This document shows positions 23,181-38,100 of a DNA stretch of 64,000 nt, in pieces; the stretch's first letter is position 1; every line of letters starts with the position of its first letter. The notes beneath the pieces were generated by a model. The model was not told where the DNA came from and did no database searches. It worked only from the letters and a program-made list of their open reading frames with translations. The position numbers were made by a program, and so were the translations under genes. The stretch comes from Tubiluchus corallicola (taxonomy: Eukaryota; Animalia; Priapulida), in contig JAQGDQ010000072.1 in NCBI GenBank assembly GCA_030141605.1, forward strand, positions 653,672 to 717,671, given 5' to 3'.

Positions 23181-26100
23181 ATGTTTTTATGGAATTGCTG
23201 TCATCATTGCTGGACAGTGTTCTGGCTGTTTTCGTGGTGTTTCATACTCTGTGCTGGAATACGAAGTATAAGTAACTCCACACTTTCTCCAGCTGATAAG
23301 GACCTGAATGAGCGTTTGCAACAGCTTGATTTATCTTCACTCGGGCTAGCTAATCTGCCTGAAAAACCTCTGCGGTATGGTCCACTGGGAATGGGCAGTG
23401 GTCAATATATGCATGATAAAATGTGGATGACTGATGTGAATATAAAGAGTGAAGCCAGAACTTTGTCTAGTTTATTAAGAAAAATCAGCAATGAAGAAAT
23501 CCTGGTCACTTCCATGCAAGAAATTTTTGATAAATTGCCGTATGGCAAAGTGTATCCTGATCAGGCTGAAAAAATTTATGCGGTAAGCTTCTTTTTCTAA
23601 CATTACTGTTTCCGTTTCATTATATAATTAATTTGTTTATTGATTTATTTTGTTGTTTCTGTGTATTATTACAAGAATTCCTCCTTTGTTCTAAATCTTA
23701 TGTGTGATCCATTCTTAATCATTTTATCATTTTCTGAGATACATTGCACCTTAATCACAATAGAATCATTCGTTGTTACAAACTCATACATATTTGCTTA
23801 CCTAATTAATAATTATAGCAATAATATGACTGGATTTGTTGCAATGCACAATTTACATAAATTCAGAAGAAGACAAGTTAGTGCTCTTCTGATACTAGTT
23901 ATGAAAGGGTTAGGGTTAGAATGTTAAACGGTTAAAGGTTAAAATGCCCTCTAGAAATAAAAACTACAGAAAAAATAAAGGTATGCAGTGTGTATTGTTT
24001 ACTTTTATTTCATTTGCAATTTTTCTTTCACAATTACAAACATGTTGTTTTTTAAAAATTATACTGTATATTTAGCATTGTCATTCTTTGTATAGCTTTT
24101 GAAGTCCACATGAAAGGCATAAGCTCCTCAAGAAAGTAAAAATTGCTTTTGAAACTTACAGGGCATTTTGACATTTTGTTTTGTTTTTAAATTTTAAAAG
24201 TTCCAGAAATGAGAAAGTTATTTTTCATTATTTTCATTTTACGTAATTAATTTCACAATTTTAATTAAGCAGGGTTCCCGCGGTCAGGGAAAATCCTTGA
24301 AAATACAGATTATCAGGGAAAGTGATGAAAATAGGGCAGAAAGTCGCTGTGAACCGAAATTTTTTCAAACATATTTTTCAGCGATTCGTGTTCAAATAAA
24401 AAAAATTTGCAATGGCAGCCTTGCAGTTTCAATTTCTGTTCCAAAAATAATGGTTGGATTAGGAAAGTTTATTTAATGTGATTAGTGTAATTTTGTGTAT
24501 TACGTATTTTGATTTATGTATGATTTAGACCAAGTGAATTATTATATTGGGAATTCAATATACGTGTATCTGTTTCTAGAATTTCAAGTGACTTGTATAA
24601 CAAGAATATAACATGTTTATTAATGTAGCATGTTGTACAAGTGGATTATGATTTAACATGTTTTAATTAAGCATAACTGCTACAATTTGCTGCACATTTG
24701 ACATGTTAAACTGGCAACCAACCAATTTTGTTAATTGAAGAAGTTTGTGCCAATGAATGTGCACTATTTATATCCATTTTTGTTGAAACGTTTTGAAGAG
24801 TTTTAAGCATAAAGCAGGTGGAACTGATGGCTGGAAAGAGGAGGAGGAGGCCATTGCAAAAAAACAAACAATTGTTTTGCTTTGCAATTGTGCCAACAAA
24901 TTATATATCAGTATATGTATGAATGTGGACATACACAAAAATGTTTGAATATGTATACTTGTAATACAATTTCTGCTTATCTTGCTCATGAATAGAAAAT
25001 GAATATTTGGTCGGAAAAAGTCATGGAAATTTATTTTAAAATTCTGTGGGAACCCTGTTTTAATGTGAAATCTGTTAAAGAAAAATTTGTGAAGCGATTT
25101 ATTTGTGATTTGGTATATCAATTTAGATTCTTCTTTCTGTCACTAATCTTTATAATAAGATTTTATTATATTCATAACTTAATTTTGAGTACTCACATAC
25201 ATTTTTTTATCTCTAGTTGTCATCGCGTGTGAGGAAAAAGTTTAGTAAGTATTTAGATGTACTAGAGAGAAACAAGGCAGCTATTGAAGATATATATCGA
25301 ATACATTTAATTAAACCCATCACGGAGCCACGTCCTTGTTGTGTCATTGGTAATCGTGAACTAAGGTAAATATGTTAATCTTAGAAATAACAGCATGCCC
25401 TTATAAATACTTTTCTACATTTTTAAATTATAAATTCTAAAGTTCTCTAAGAACCAAACAGTGCTATTAGGCCTGCATTAAAAATACTTCTAATTGGCTG
25501 GGTAATATTTTTTTACTATACTCTTGGCCGGGATTTTATAATTCTTTTGTATGTTCATATACTTACTTGATGTAGTCATATAAAAGCATGTGTTTTAATT
25601 ATTATAACATTGTTATTTTGGCGAGGACTGTAGTTAAATTTGTAGCCAGGGTTGCCAGTTTGTTTCTTGCTGATTATCACATTGGAGGCTAAGAAATATC
25701 GTATTTTGCACTAAGTCGGCTTATTAATGGCCAAGTAGTGTCGTCACTTATACCATAATTATAAGTACACACCGCACAAAAAGAAACTATACAATAATCG
25801 ATAATTGCAAAATAATGTAGTAGTGCAAAACAAAAAACTAAGAAACAAATCGTGAAACATTGCATTGAAAAAATTGAAAACATTACTGCTAACCAGTGCT
25901 AAATAAACAAACTTTCATTTCATCTATTTTAGATATTCCACGATTCAGCTTTAAACATGTACAAAGCTTTAGAAAAAAATTGAAAAGAATTTTTTCCTCT
26001 CTTTCTACCGTCACCTTTTGAGCTCATGACGTAAGACAGAAACATTTTTTGTGGCCGGCCTTAATTTGATTAAACTCTAGAGAAAATCCACAGGAAGAAC

Positions 26101-29100
26101 AGGAATTGATCATCTTTCATTAAACAAAATACGTAGTGTATGGTTTTATATTTCCATGTTTTGTTTTTGGACATATAATATTAACTCTAGTTATTTACTT
26201 TGAAAGAGTAGTTGGCAACTAAAGTTATTGAGTCATTGTCAATGATTAATATTTTGTGATTTATAATCGTTTTGTTTGATATTTTAGTTATGATGAGAAC
26301 TTTGGGACTCGAATTAATAAGTCAAGCACTTGTGATGTTGTGCCACCAATTGCAAGTACTTTCAATCCAGGGCGTCGCCTTACTGATGGTAAACATCTTT
26401 TCTGTTTAAAGTATTTAGGCCTAGCTTAACTTAAAGTAAAATAGTATTTGCTAGCTTTAGTTTGCAGTAGTAGATGATCAGTTTCCCATAAAATAAATTC
26501 TAGTTGCATGCAGAGTAAGATGTGTTATTCTTTTGTCTAATTTCAATTTGTTACGAACTTTCTAGGAGATTGATGGCAGTAACGCTTGGTGTGAGTAACA
26601 ATAGCCATACATTAGCACTACGGTCTGTGGAATGCATCTAAGTTTACACGTGATCATATACAAACACACATGTATATATATATGTATATTATACAGTTAT
26701 ACATACATTTGTGTGTATATGTAATTAATAGAAATTTTAAATTATTTTTCTAAGTTTTAATTTCACATCTCTTTACTTTCAGTGTTTTCTCGGCGCACGA
26801 ATGAAGTACCGATATTGAAATGGCAGTACTTTATTTCTGTAGATGGTATACATAATGAGTATCCTGCCCATAATGTTGATGGGATCACTTGGAGAAACTG
26901 TAATAGTCACCTCGATATACGCCATCGGTATTGTCACATTGATACTGTATAACATATAATTAAAGTATACATTTCAAAACGGAATGCATATTTTTCAAAT
27001 TTCATTTTTTAGCATCTACTTTTCATTTTTTTACTCTCAGGTAATGTCACAGTATTCTCACTTTTGATAATTTACACTTAAACATTTAAAAACTAAACTG
27101 GTAGGCAGACAAGTAAGTAGGCACATTACATAGATACATAGAGAAATAAGAAAGTACTAAGTAAGTATAGACTGGAAAGTAGGCAAATAAATAGACATAG
27201 GTAGACAGATTGACAGTGGAAAAGAAGAATTTCGGTTAATTACAGAAGAAGGAATTCCAGTTATTTGTAACATTTGTGCATTCTTATTTTAAAATAATGT
27301 TCAAGTAAAATAGAATTTTTTAATGAAAAAGAGCAAAATGAGGTAAAAAACATGCTAAACAGAAAAGCGTGGTACTCATGAATTACCAAATGACAAAATT
27401 TTTAATTTTATATTATCACATTATGTTAATTGACCATAGTATGGCTTTCTAAGTTTGCACAGTCAATAATTGTCTTATATCTTAAAATCACATTTGCATT
27501 TTTTTTATTGTGTTGTCACAATTTCTGATAATGTTTAGAGACATATATCTCGCCACTCTTCAACCTCGTACAAAATATGTGACTATTGTAATTGATCACG
27601 GAATGGGCCTCAGTGCTGCACAGATTGTTACAGCAAAAGCGATTGGCAAGCACATTCTTTCTTCCCTCTCACACCGTGATAAGGTGAGTATCTCTTTAGT
27701 TTTACTAAAATTAACTTTTCATATGATATACTTTTTTGTTCAGAATGTCAAAACCATTTGTTTAGCTATTCCGATTTGGTGTCGCCTTTAAGTGACATGG
27801 CTTATTGGAGTTTCTTTTATAATACTCTAGTACCGCTATTTGGAAAAGAGTACTTGTGACAGATGGTGAAATACTTGCCTGTAGATAAAATTGTGAGCAC
27901 CTCGTCGTTGAAAATCGGAGTGTTTTCCACAGTAATTTAATTTATTTAGTTTAGTTTATTAAGATTATTTTTCAGTGAGTACCATATAAAGACTTGTTAA
28001 TTTGGCTTCATAGAGCCAAGACTGTAAAATACAGCTTTATCTTTACATGGGAAGAAATGTTAATTTTAAAGTATGTCCCAAAAAACTTCAGATGCAATGT
28101 TACTTAGCTTTAAACCTATCTGATTGAAAAGAGTTGTGTAATTAGAAAAAAAAATTCTTAATAAATTAATCAAAACATCGCTGTACCAATGTCGCAGTGT
28201 GCACCATTGGCTCACCAATAAACATTAACCTTATTGATGATAAAAGGTATTTTTTACTTTTGCTTTACTTAGTGAAGCATGTCCTACGAATGTTCTTTTT
28301 CAAAATTGTTATGTTCTACAAGTTTTCAAGCGACTTATCGTTAAAATAGTTGTGCTTAATGATCATCGCGTGAGTCTAAATTTACAAGTTTCGTACATTG
28401 TTACTGCTTATGCAAAGTAAGACAGCATGTAGGTGACACCAAATTTCAAGACATTATTTTGGCATATTTTATGAGGAGTGTCTGCTTGTCCTTTAACATT
28501 TCTCTTCGTTTTAAAATTAAACTGAACCAGCTTAAAATATTTTATTTTAGGTTGGTTTGATCGGTCTTTCGTACCAGACCTCATTTCCAAGAAATGATGA
28601 CTGCTTATCAAACAAACTAGCTTATGCTACTCATGAAACAAAAACCCGGTTTACTCAGTTTATTGACGGCTTGGAGAAAGAAAAAGGTAAAAAACTGAAT
28701 TTTAAGAATAGTGATTGTGCAAGTTCTGTGTAAATTACCGGTTGGCATAGTTCAGTGGTAGCGTGCTCGCTTCTCACCTGTAAAGTGTAACGGATTCAAG
28801 TCCCAGCCCAGTCATACTAAGGTAGTACCGCTGGTTCTTTGACCTAGTATCCGGATTTATTGAAGTAACACATAGGTAATAATAACCTTGGAAATAAGTA
28901 TTGAGTTATTTTTGAGATTTTATCCCTGGACTATGTCCTACGCGAAATTATTAATTATCATAAAGTAACGAGATGTGATTTAACAGACTTTAACTTTTGC
29001 AGATTGGTAAAATAGTACCTGTAATATTTTCTACATTCCTTTTGAAAAACAGTACTTGTGTTTTGTCCAGGTGACAAAACCAAAACCATTTAAGCACTTT

Positions 29101-32100
29101 AGGAAATGTAGATCCGGAATTATGTACAGTAGGTGCTGCTCAATAGACTCACCTTGGGACGGAAGTGTTTTGACCCAATTAACCGGGTGAATCTATTAAC
29201 TGACAGATGTAGTATTACTAATATTGAAGTATGAATCATCTGCTTGTTATGCACTTAAAAGGCTTTGAATGAATTTTAGAAATGAAGTGAAGCCTAAATT
29301 CCTATGCATTTATTTAAAAATATTATTTTATAATGTGAGCTAATGAAAAAAAACGTAAAGGATTACTCTTCTAAATCACACAAGTCAGTTTTTTTATTAA
29401 AAAAATACAAAAATACTTCCAAGGTCGGCTGCTTCATTTGTTTGCGAAGAAGTTGGATCACAAAGTTCTCATAATGATATAAACATTGAAAATCTGTTGT
29501 TGCATGATGCACAAATTCTCGCAAAATACTTAGCTCTTGGCGTGCTTGAACTGTTGATGGTGCCCGTGTTTTCCTGCAAGTAGCTTCGTCTGTAGTTTCG
29601 TCTAAGCTACATAAGTTAATCGCGAGGTGACCTGTAACTGGAAAAATTTTACCCTAGGTCTCAAGCTTGTTGCTCATATCAGGTGGTGCATTTAGGTCAC
29701 TCTCTTGCAATGTAAGACTTTCACCGTTGTCAGTTTTATTCAGATGAGTGAATCTAGCATAAGTGAAGCTGTTCTGAATCGTGTGTTCAGCAACATTACT
29801 CCTGGACATAGCCAATAGTGCATTGAGAAGGCTGTTTTAGCAGGTCATTTGCATTTAACTAATGAAATGGTAAAAACACATCTTTAATGTGTTTTAATGA
29901 TGAGTTGACTACATAGGTAGTGCATTTGTCTGCCTGTAAAATGATGTTTCACTTTAAGCTCGCATCCCATTTTGCTAGCTGTTGGGCTTCTTATTGAGCA
30001 GCTCGACTGCAAAAGTAAATCGGCTGTGCCTCAGCTAAAACAGCTCAGTTCTGAGCACCAATGGTAATGTTTGCATGTTGTTGCTTAGTTTTTAAAAAGT
30101 TTTTCTATAAATGTGTTTTTCTGCAGGCGCTACAAATCATTCCCTAGCTTTTATGACTGCATTTGACATGATTGGTGTTACATTGAATGAAGAAGAATCG
30201 TCTGGAAACCATGTTGGTATGTTTTTCTCTCAAATTACAAGTTTTTGGAATGCAATAGTTATTAGTGATGGGACAGATTAATCAATATAATTGATGATAA
30301 TTGATTTGGCCTTTTATTTCTGATTATTAATTACTTGTTTCAAATCGATTTTGTTACCAATATGATTTTCAGCTTATTTTTGGGAAAATCCACAAAAATC
30401 GTGTGTGTGAATGTAGCCGTCATTGCTGCAAAATCATCTAATATGGCTCTAGCTTTACATGTGTAATATAGCTTGCTGGTATCGCTACTTAGATGTGAAC
30501 ATTTTTCATAAGCATGAACACGTATTTTCACATGCATCTGCATTCTCTTATTAACTATGCCTGTAAACAGATTATTTGTTTGGTTCTGTTAATCAATTAT
30601 GAAAATGCTACCAGTGTCCCACTATTAATACATGTTGCTTAGAAAATATATCACTTTAAATTGATGATGTTTCTTTTTTTACATATTACCAGAGTTTCTC
30701 ATTCTGCCTTGCAATGAAGACTGACAATTGTATTTCACTAATTAAGCAAAAACTTTTGTTTACTTTGACTGTATGATTTATTCACTGCATTTACAGAGAG
30801 GCAAAAATACGGCACATGGCACACCTGACTTCGCAAAGCGCATCCAGCATCACACTATACAATTATAAAACATGCTGTAGACAATGACCAGCTCACACTT
30901 CTCCAGTGTTTTGCATCTAGCGTGCAGCAAAACTCGTCCAGCAAACTCAAGATGCTGCATGTTCTATATTTTTTCACGCTGGCCAAGCAAAAGTTATAGA
31001 TAGTGTCTATTTTCATTAGCCAGATATGTGAATGCGGTTGTCATAAGTCGTTTTGAATTTTCTCATGTAAGCAATCAAAAGTTGTCTTTCCATTGGCATA
31101 CAACTGTAGTTAAAAAGAAATTTCCAATTTGCTAGGAGTATAGTTTGGCCATCACAGCACGGCAAAATCTCAATTTGTTAATTTGGTCTAATCAATGTCT
31201 TCTTATTCTTGCAGCCTCAGAATCGCATAAGAAATTAGAACATCTAAAATCTCCTCATTCACTTCCATCTTTGTTTGAGCTGCTTGCTTGCTGAAATAGC
31301 AAATGTGAAAAGCAAATTTTGCACGATGCTTGATGCTTAGAGGCTGAAGCTGAGTCAGTTGCTACTATATCAGCTAGCTCACACAGTAAATCAGCTAATT
31401 CAGCTGAAGTAGAGAGACTTTTCAGCTGAGTTGGCTTAAAAAATAAATCAGCTAAGTCAGCTAAAGCTACAAATTTTTGTTAACTAAATAAATAATAAGT
31501 TGTTAGTTACTGTAACTGTTAATTGTGGAAATTTTTTTAAATAGTTCATGTTGTTTATACCCAGAAAAAAGCTGATGTATAAATTCAAATAATGCATTCG
31601 AGATCATTTTTTACTATTATAAAATGCAATGGATTTATTGCAAATGTAATTTAAATCCATTTCTTGGCGAAGCTTGTCTTGATCACCAACGAAACAATTC
31701 CAAAACACCAAAATGATCCCATGTGTGTGACTTGCATTGCCTACTTACGTATTTCATTTTGAATTGACCAGCTTTCTCATTCAAAAATTTCTGAACTTTA
31801 GTTTCTCTGTCTGCCAGCACATGTACTATATGACCTCAAATCCATGAATCTTCGTAGCTGGCAAAAATATCGGCTAGCTCGACTCCCATCACTGAGCAGC
31901 TGGTGCAACTAAAGCTGGGTCTCTTGTCAGCTAGGTCGACTGTAGAAATAAACCGGCTTTAGCTCAGCTGAAATGGCGCGGCTGTAGGCTCTATTGATGC
32001 TGGATCCATGACACATAATGCATGATGATAGGTCAAGTGTTTTGCGAGCCATAGTAGTAAATGTTACTTCAAAAATTAGTTTTGTGATATTTAAAATATT

Positions 32101-35100
32101 CCCTTGATGCTTGGAAATGCAAGTAAACTATTTTTTGTAAGTTAGTTTTGCATACTTTTAAAGTACCCAAACAATTTTTATGTAACTCATTAATGAAAGC
32201 TGGTGATACAGCTGAATAATTCTTTTTGTTATGAAACAAACATTTTGCTCCTTCTAGAGCATTATCAATGTTGAATTTTATGTGAAAGTGAATTTTGGTT
32301 TTTCTGCAGTGTGTTGGCAAAGAGATGCTGACCCTAAGCACATTTCTTTTGTTTTCTATAAATATGTGAAACTAATTTTTCTTTATCTGTATATTTTAGA
32401 TGAAGCTCTAATTATATATGTGAGCCGAGGTTTGCTGTCTTCCATTGCAAATGCCAAAGTTGTCATGGAAACAATAGCAGAGTATAACGATGCCTTGGAA
32501 AACAGAGTGATCATTAACACATATGCATTAATCGATGGTACTTTTCAAAATTTCTTCATTTTATGATTCTGCAGCACTGATTGCCTTTTTAGTGATAATT
32601 TTACAGTTTGATTTTTTTTTGTTATTTAGAAATAGTACCAGTAGCTCATCTGTAATTGTTTCAGAAACCAAAGTTATCATAAATGAAAAGAGTTTCTTAC
32701 AAGACATCGCGGATCAGAATTTCGACAAATATGAAATTAAACAGCAAACTTCAAAGCCTCGTCGCCATGGCAACATGGTACCTGTGAGCTCTCCTGTCAA
32801 TCTGAGTTTCACAGTAGGAAAATTCTATACAGTGCTGAACAGCACCAGTGCATCACAACCATGTTTCTCTTTACCATATTGGGATGATATTGGAAGAGGT
32901 TAGTGAGCCTTAACATTTTCTGGTAATTTTATGCAAATGTTGGTTTTAATAATTATTGTTGATTGTCTACATTTGTGCACCTATGTATAATTTTCTTTCT
33001 GCATCAGACTGCATTTAAGTTTGAAATCACAATTTTAGAATAGCTAATTTCAGTGATAAATTTTTTAATTCATTTTGGAAATGATCATTACAAGTTTTGC
33101 TTGCCTATGTGAAATAGTTATGGCATGTATTGGAAGATTGGCAGACATAGGCTGACTTTCGTATTTTATGTAACAGCGAGTTGTTAACAAGGACTTTTGT
33201 TTCAGGGCTAGTGCTAAGTATCAGTCAGACTTGCGTAGTTGATAATACTGTAGTTGGCGTTGTGGGAATTGATCTTCATGTAGCAGACATTGTTGAAGAC
33301 ATTACTTATTACAATGAAGCACAAACATCATATGCTTTTCAAATTGACAATCAAGGTAAGCATTTAATGATTTCAGTGTGTGAATGTGATTCCATAATTT
33401 TTGCTGCTTCCATTTGTAACGCCATTTCTGAATTTCAGTGTAATTTGAGTGTTTAGCTGCATTTATCTGGTTGCTGTTTCAGGGTATACTATCATGCATC
33501 CATCTTTTACAAGGCCACTATTTACCAGAGAACAGCCTATGCATACCGACATTTTACATGTGGAAAATAAACCAGGATTTACACATATTCGTGAGCGTCT
33601 ACTCAAGTTAGTATATTTCCCATTGGCTTAGTTTTTCCAGCTTACATTAATTTTTGAAGTAAAATAGCAGAAACAGGATAAGAGCATGTGTACTGGGGCA
33701 AATTAAAACAATTTCTCTCTTAATGTGGGAATGGTAAATATTTCATATTTATAAGGTTGTCATCTATGTAGAATTTTTTTGTTTTCTGAATGTAATTTAA
33801 TAAGCTTTACTGAAATTCAGACAAAAATACATTTAATTTTGTTGAAAAATTGTGTTTATCATTGGAAGACAAGAAGAAAACTGGACTCATTTAATCTGTG
33901 TACTCTTATTAGAATAGCTGATGTAAGAAGTAGTGAAGATAGAACCACTTTATAACCAAATGTTCTGCCTATCTAATGCATATTTAGACGAGAAGATGAT
34001 TTTACTATAAATGAAATTTCTTTATCGTTTCTGTAAAATAAAAGTTCATTTACCTTTGCTGCCATATTCATATAATATAAGTAGCTAAGTGTTTATTTTC
34101 GCATAACCTGTAAATTACTGTTTAAAGTGAGGACATTGGTCAGGCTGAACTTGAACTGAAAATTTCTGATGGCAATTCGACTACTACTCATGAGTTACCA
34201 ATTTATGAATACCATTATCAGAAATATCACCGATACACGGCTGTATACATGTGGAGAAGAGTATGTAGCTAATTTCTTTTATGTTACTTACACCTTCCTT
34301 TATGTTAATTGTCTCATATTTGCATAAAAGAGCAAACCTGTAGGAATCGATATGTTTATTGAGCGCAGGCGGTCATTTCGACTATTACAGTCATTTTCAA
34401 TACTATAAATCAAGCCAAAAAAGTATAATTAGTACAATGCTGATATTAAATAGAAAGGCACGAAATGTCATTACAAATCAACAGATTAGAACTTAAATTG
34501 TCAAAATATTGTGAATAAATAAATCTTAACACTCAACTATCATCTGCAGCACAGTGTCGCACTGATTGTATGTTGTTTCGCCAGTCTGTCTTTTCGCCTG
34601 TATATCTTTTCGCCAGTCTATGTTTTTGCTAGTGTATCTTTTCGCTAGTCTGACTTTTCGTCAGTCTATCGTGACTAACACTGAAGACTTAACTAGTAGT
34701 CACCATTGACCATTAGGTATCGACATGGTTTCTTTTAAATGCTCTGGGAAAGAGAGATATAAGTCCTATAGATGCGTGCCATATATCATTGGTTCGCAAT
34801 AAAAAACGAAACGTGAAATAAGATGCGCTGTGGTAAAACTTTTCCTTTTTTTGTTTACCCAAAAATTACCGAAATTTGGCAAATTGCATAAATGAGATAT
34901 TTCCTTTGTTATATGAGACGAAGTTGTCGAAATACCTGATTTGTGAATCAATATCGTTTGTAGAAGTTTAGTTGAACTGTTTGATGATATAATGCTAACC
35001 TGTTTTGAAATCAGATTTTACCTGTATGTTCAATGTCACTATTTTATGCATTACTATATTGTGTGATTGAAGCCAAGTAGACGAAATTTTTGGCTGTTGA

Positions 35101-38100
35101 GTTCGTACAAAAATTCTGCTCTAAGCTGTCAACCAGTGCGCACGTTCTCATGTCATAAAACAATGGTCTAGTAGTTATAGTGTTTGCATGCAGAAAAGAT
35201 GATACCTGATGTTAACAATACTTACCTGTGTTTATTTGACGTTGATGATACTTGTGGTTAATAGTCAATGGTGACTTCTATATATATATATATATATATG
35301 TGTCAGTTCAGTCTTCAGCGGTAGTCATGATTACACTGGCAAAAAGAGACCAGTGAAAAGATAGACTGCCGCAAAGATAGACTGACGAATAGATGCTCTG
35401 ACGCAAAGATACACTGATGCAAAGATGCACTGGCGAAAAGATAGAATGATGAAGTGGCTGATTACCTGTTGCACTCTATCTATTTCAGTGATTTGCATCA
35501 GCTTGACTCTGTTCGGTATCATATTCTGTAATGGTCCTTGTTGATTTAGCCTCTGTGTCACTTTCAAATGCTGCTGGTTTCCCATATTGTGCTTCCCACC
35601 TTGTTGTAAATTGTGCAAATGTGCGGAAGTTTGTTTTTATAATGCTTACTGCTGTGGTTCTTCATTACGTAGACTTCGGGTAATTGTCGTGATATTTTCC
35701 GAATGTCATGTATCAGCGAAATTTTTTTACATTTCTCTGCAATTTCTTCTAATTACATCCATGTTTATTTTGACAATTTAAATTATAATCTGTTGATTTG
35801 TAATGACACTTTGTGCCTTTGTATTTTAGTATCATCGGTGTACTAATTATTCCTTTTTTGGCTTAATTTATATTACTGAAAATTGCTATAATAGTTTAAA
35901 CGATTATTTACACTCAATAAGCATGTTGATATCTAATATTTGTTTGCATATTTTTAAAATGCGCTCTTGAGTTACTGACGTTGTGTTGCTGATTATGTTA
36001 TTACAAAAATGGCTTTTCTGTTATATTCATGTTCATATGCTTATTTTGGTATGAAACTCTGTTCTCTTTTCTCAATCTGGATTTTCTATTCCAAGTCTTT
36101 GCAACCTTGGGGCAAAATATATTGCCTGCATATGCTTGTACATTAGTTGAAAGTATGCCTATTTTGACTTAGTAATTTCAAAACTATTTTACCTATTTTT
36201 ATTCTTCAGATTCCGAGAACTCCATTCACTGTTTGCATAGTTACTATGGATACAAACCAACAGTCTCGTGATTTGAAAAACGTCGCTACTCGGAAAGATT
36301 TGGTTTATCACAGGCTTGACATTGATGTACATCCACGAGAGAACCTGTGCATGCATCTGAAACAGCTCTCCACCCTTGGTAAATTTCAAATTATCAATTT
36401 CTGAATTATAAATAAAAAATCTCAACTGATATGTATTCTTGTGTACTGAAATGTTAAAGGAAGACCGGACCTATTCTTAAGTTGTAGGTCTAAACAAGCT
36501 ACTTTTTGAAATATTGAAAGGGAAAATACTATTTTTTTTCAAGAATGACTTAGGGTAGGTGAAAGAATTATTACCACAAAAACGCAATTTCGCGTTTGCG
36601 CAGCTTGGTCATTGCTGTTACATGCATTTCGCCATTCGTTAGTTAGATGGGCACTAGAGCCTGTATTGTGGAAACTCATTGCTCAAAAAAAAACTGGTGC
36701 TGTACTTCTTCTCAATTGTGAGGTGTTCTTTTGCGATATAGTGCACACATTCAAGAACTCATGCGTGAGCACAGCAATAAATTTGAAATTTGAATTTTTA
36801 TCTTAAGTTTTACCGAGTTTTAGTATATCACACTGAATCTTTTACAGAAACACTGTACTTCAATTTTCATTTTCACATGCTCAGGGAATGTTTGTGCAGT
36901 GGGAAATTATGTTCAGTTTTGATGTCATCACTAGTTGGGCTCGCTCGCACTTCGTTGAGTTTTTAATCTATTATTTAATTAACAGAAATGCTTTTCAGTA
37001 TTATTGGTGTTAAATATGTTCTTTTTACCGTACTTCAAAATGGGTAGGATATGAAAAATAATTTTGCTTTAAACCGCTGCTGTTTTATGTGTTTCTGTAA
37101 CTTGTTTCATGTATTCTTGAACGACTCTAAAATGATAAAAAAATCTATTTACAATTGATTAAAAAGACGTACACTCATATCTCGGTTTACCGGACCTCCC
37201 TTTTTTGAATATCGGAAGAATCGGACAGAATGTGGACTGTTAAAAAGTTCCGCATACTACGGACACAGTCTGTTTTGCGTGCTGACTGCTAGTTGTCGGC
37301 CATCACTTTGTTTACGTTATTACATTATTTAAACATGTGCAGAATAAATATAGAGTCAATTATGCAGAGGTATTTGTAGCAATTACTGACAGTTTTTATA
37401 TACTTTTGCTTAGGAGCAGCCCGTACTAGACGTTTTTGAGACAATTAGGCAATTGATTCTACATTACCGTGAGTTTAATACACGGTGTCTACTGTATTAT
37501 CTTAGTATCGGTAAATATGGACAATAGGCAAATTGGACCGACATCTTCCTGCTTTTGTCAGGAAGATATGAGTGTAAATTTTGCTATTCGGGCTTAGCTC
37601 TTTTTAGATAATTTATTTGCTTTATCTGATGAGTAGAATTACGTGCACATGAATATGCTGTTCAATTTCTCTTTTTTTCCATCATTTTTTAATATTTTAT
37701 TTTACTAACAACAGATGCCCCTACTGTTTTTCTTGCTGCTGGGGCTTTTGAAGTGCCATTTGAGTACATCACACGTGAAGAGACAAAGCTCCGCATTCAG
37801 GGTTACACAGCTTATCTCAATGATAACACTATGCTGATAGCTAATCCTGGATTGAAGAAAAGTGTGAGAAACAGTGCTGCTGCATTGTCACGCATTGGAG
37901 TCGAATGGAAGCAAAAATTTAAAATGAGTAAAATGTCACCGTATGTCGTTAGGCGGTAAGTTTATGACGTTTAATGAAATTTTCATTGAGTATTTTATGT
38001 GTATTGAACAAACACTAAAAAGAAAGTTTGGTAAATGTTTAACGAGTTTTTTAGAAATTCATGATCAAGAATTTGGGCATTAAATCTTTTATTCATTGCA

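Noticed and set aside
23906-23919. AGGGTTAGGGTTAG telomere-like or telomerase-template-like motif
   Set aside because: Only about two units in an intron, with no pseudoknot or CR4/5 context seen.
28739-28815. Possible tRNA gene
   Set aside because: A and B boxes are present but acceptor and anticodon stems do not pair; better explained as a SINE head.
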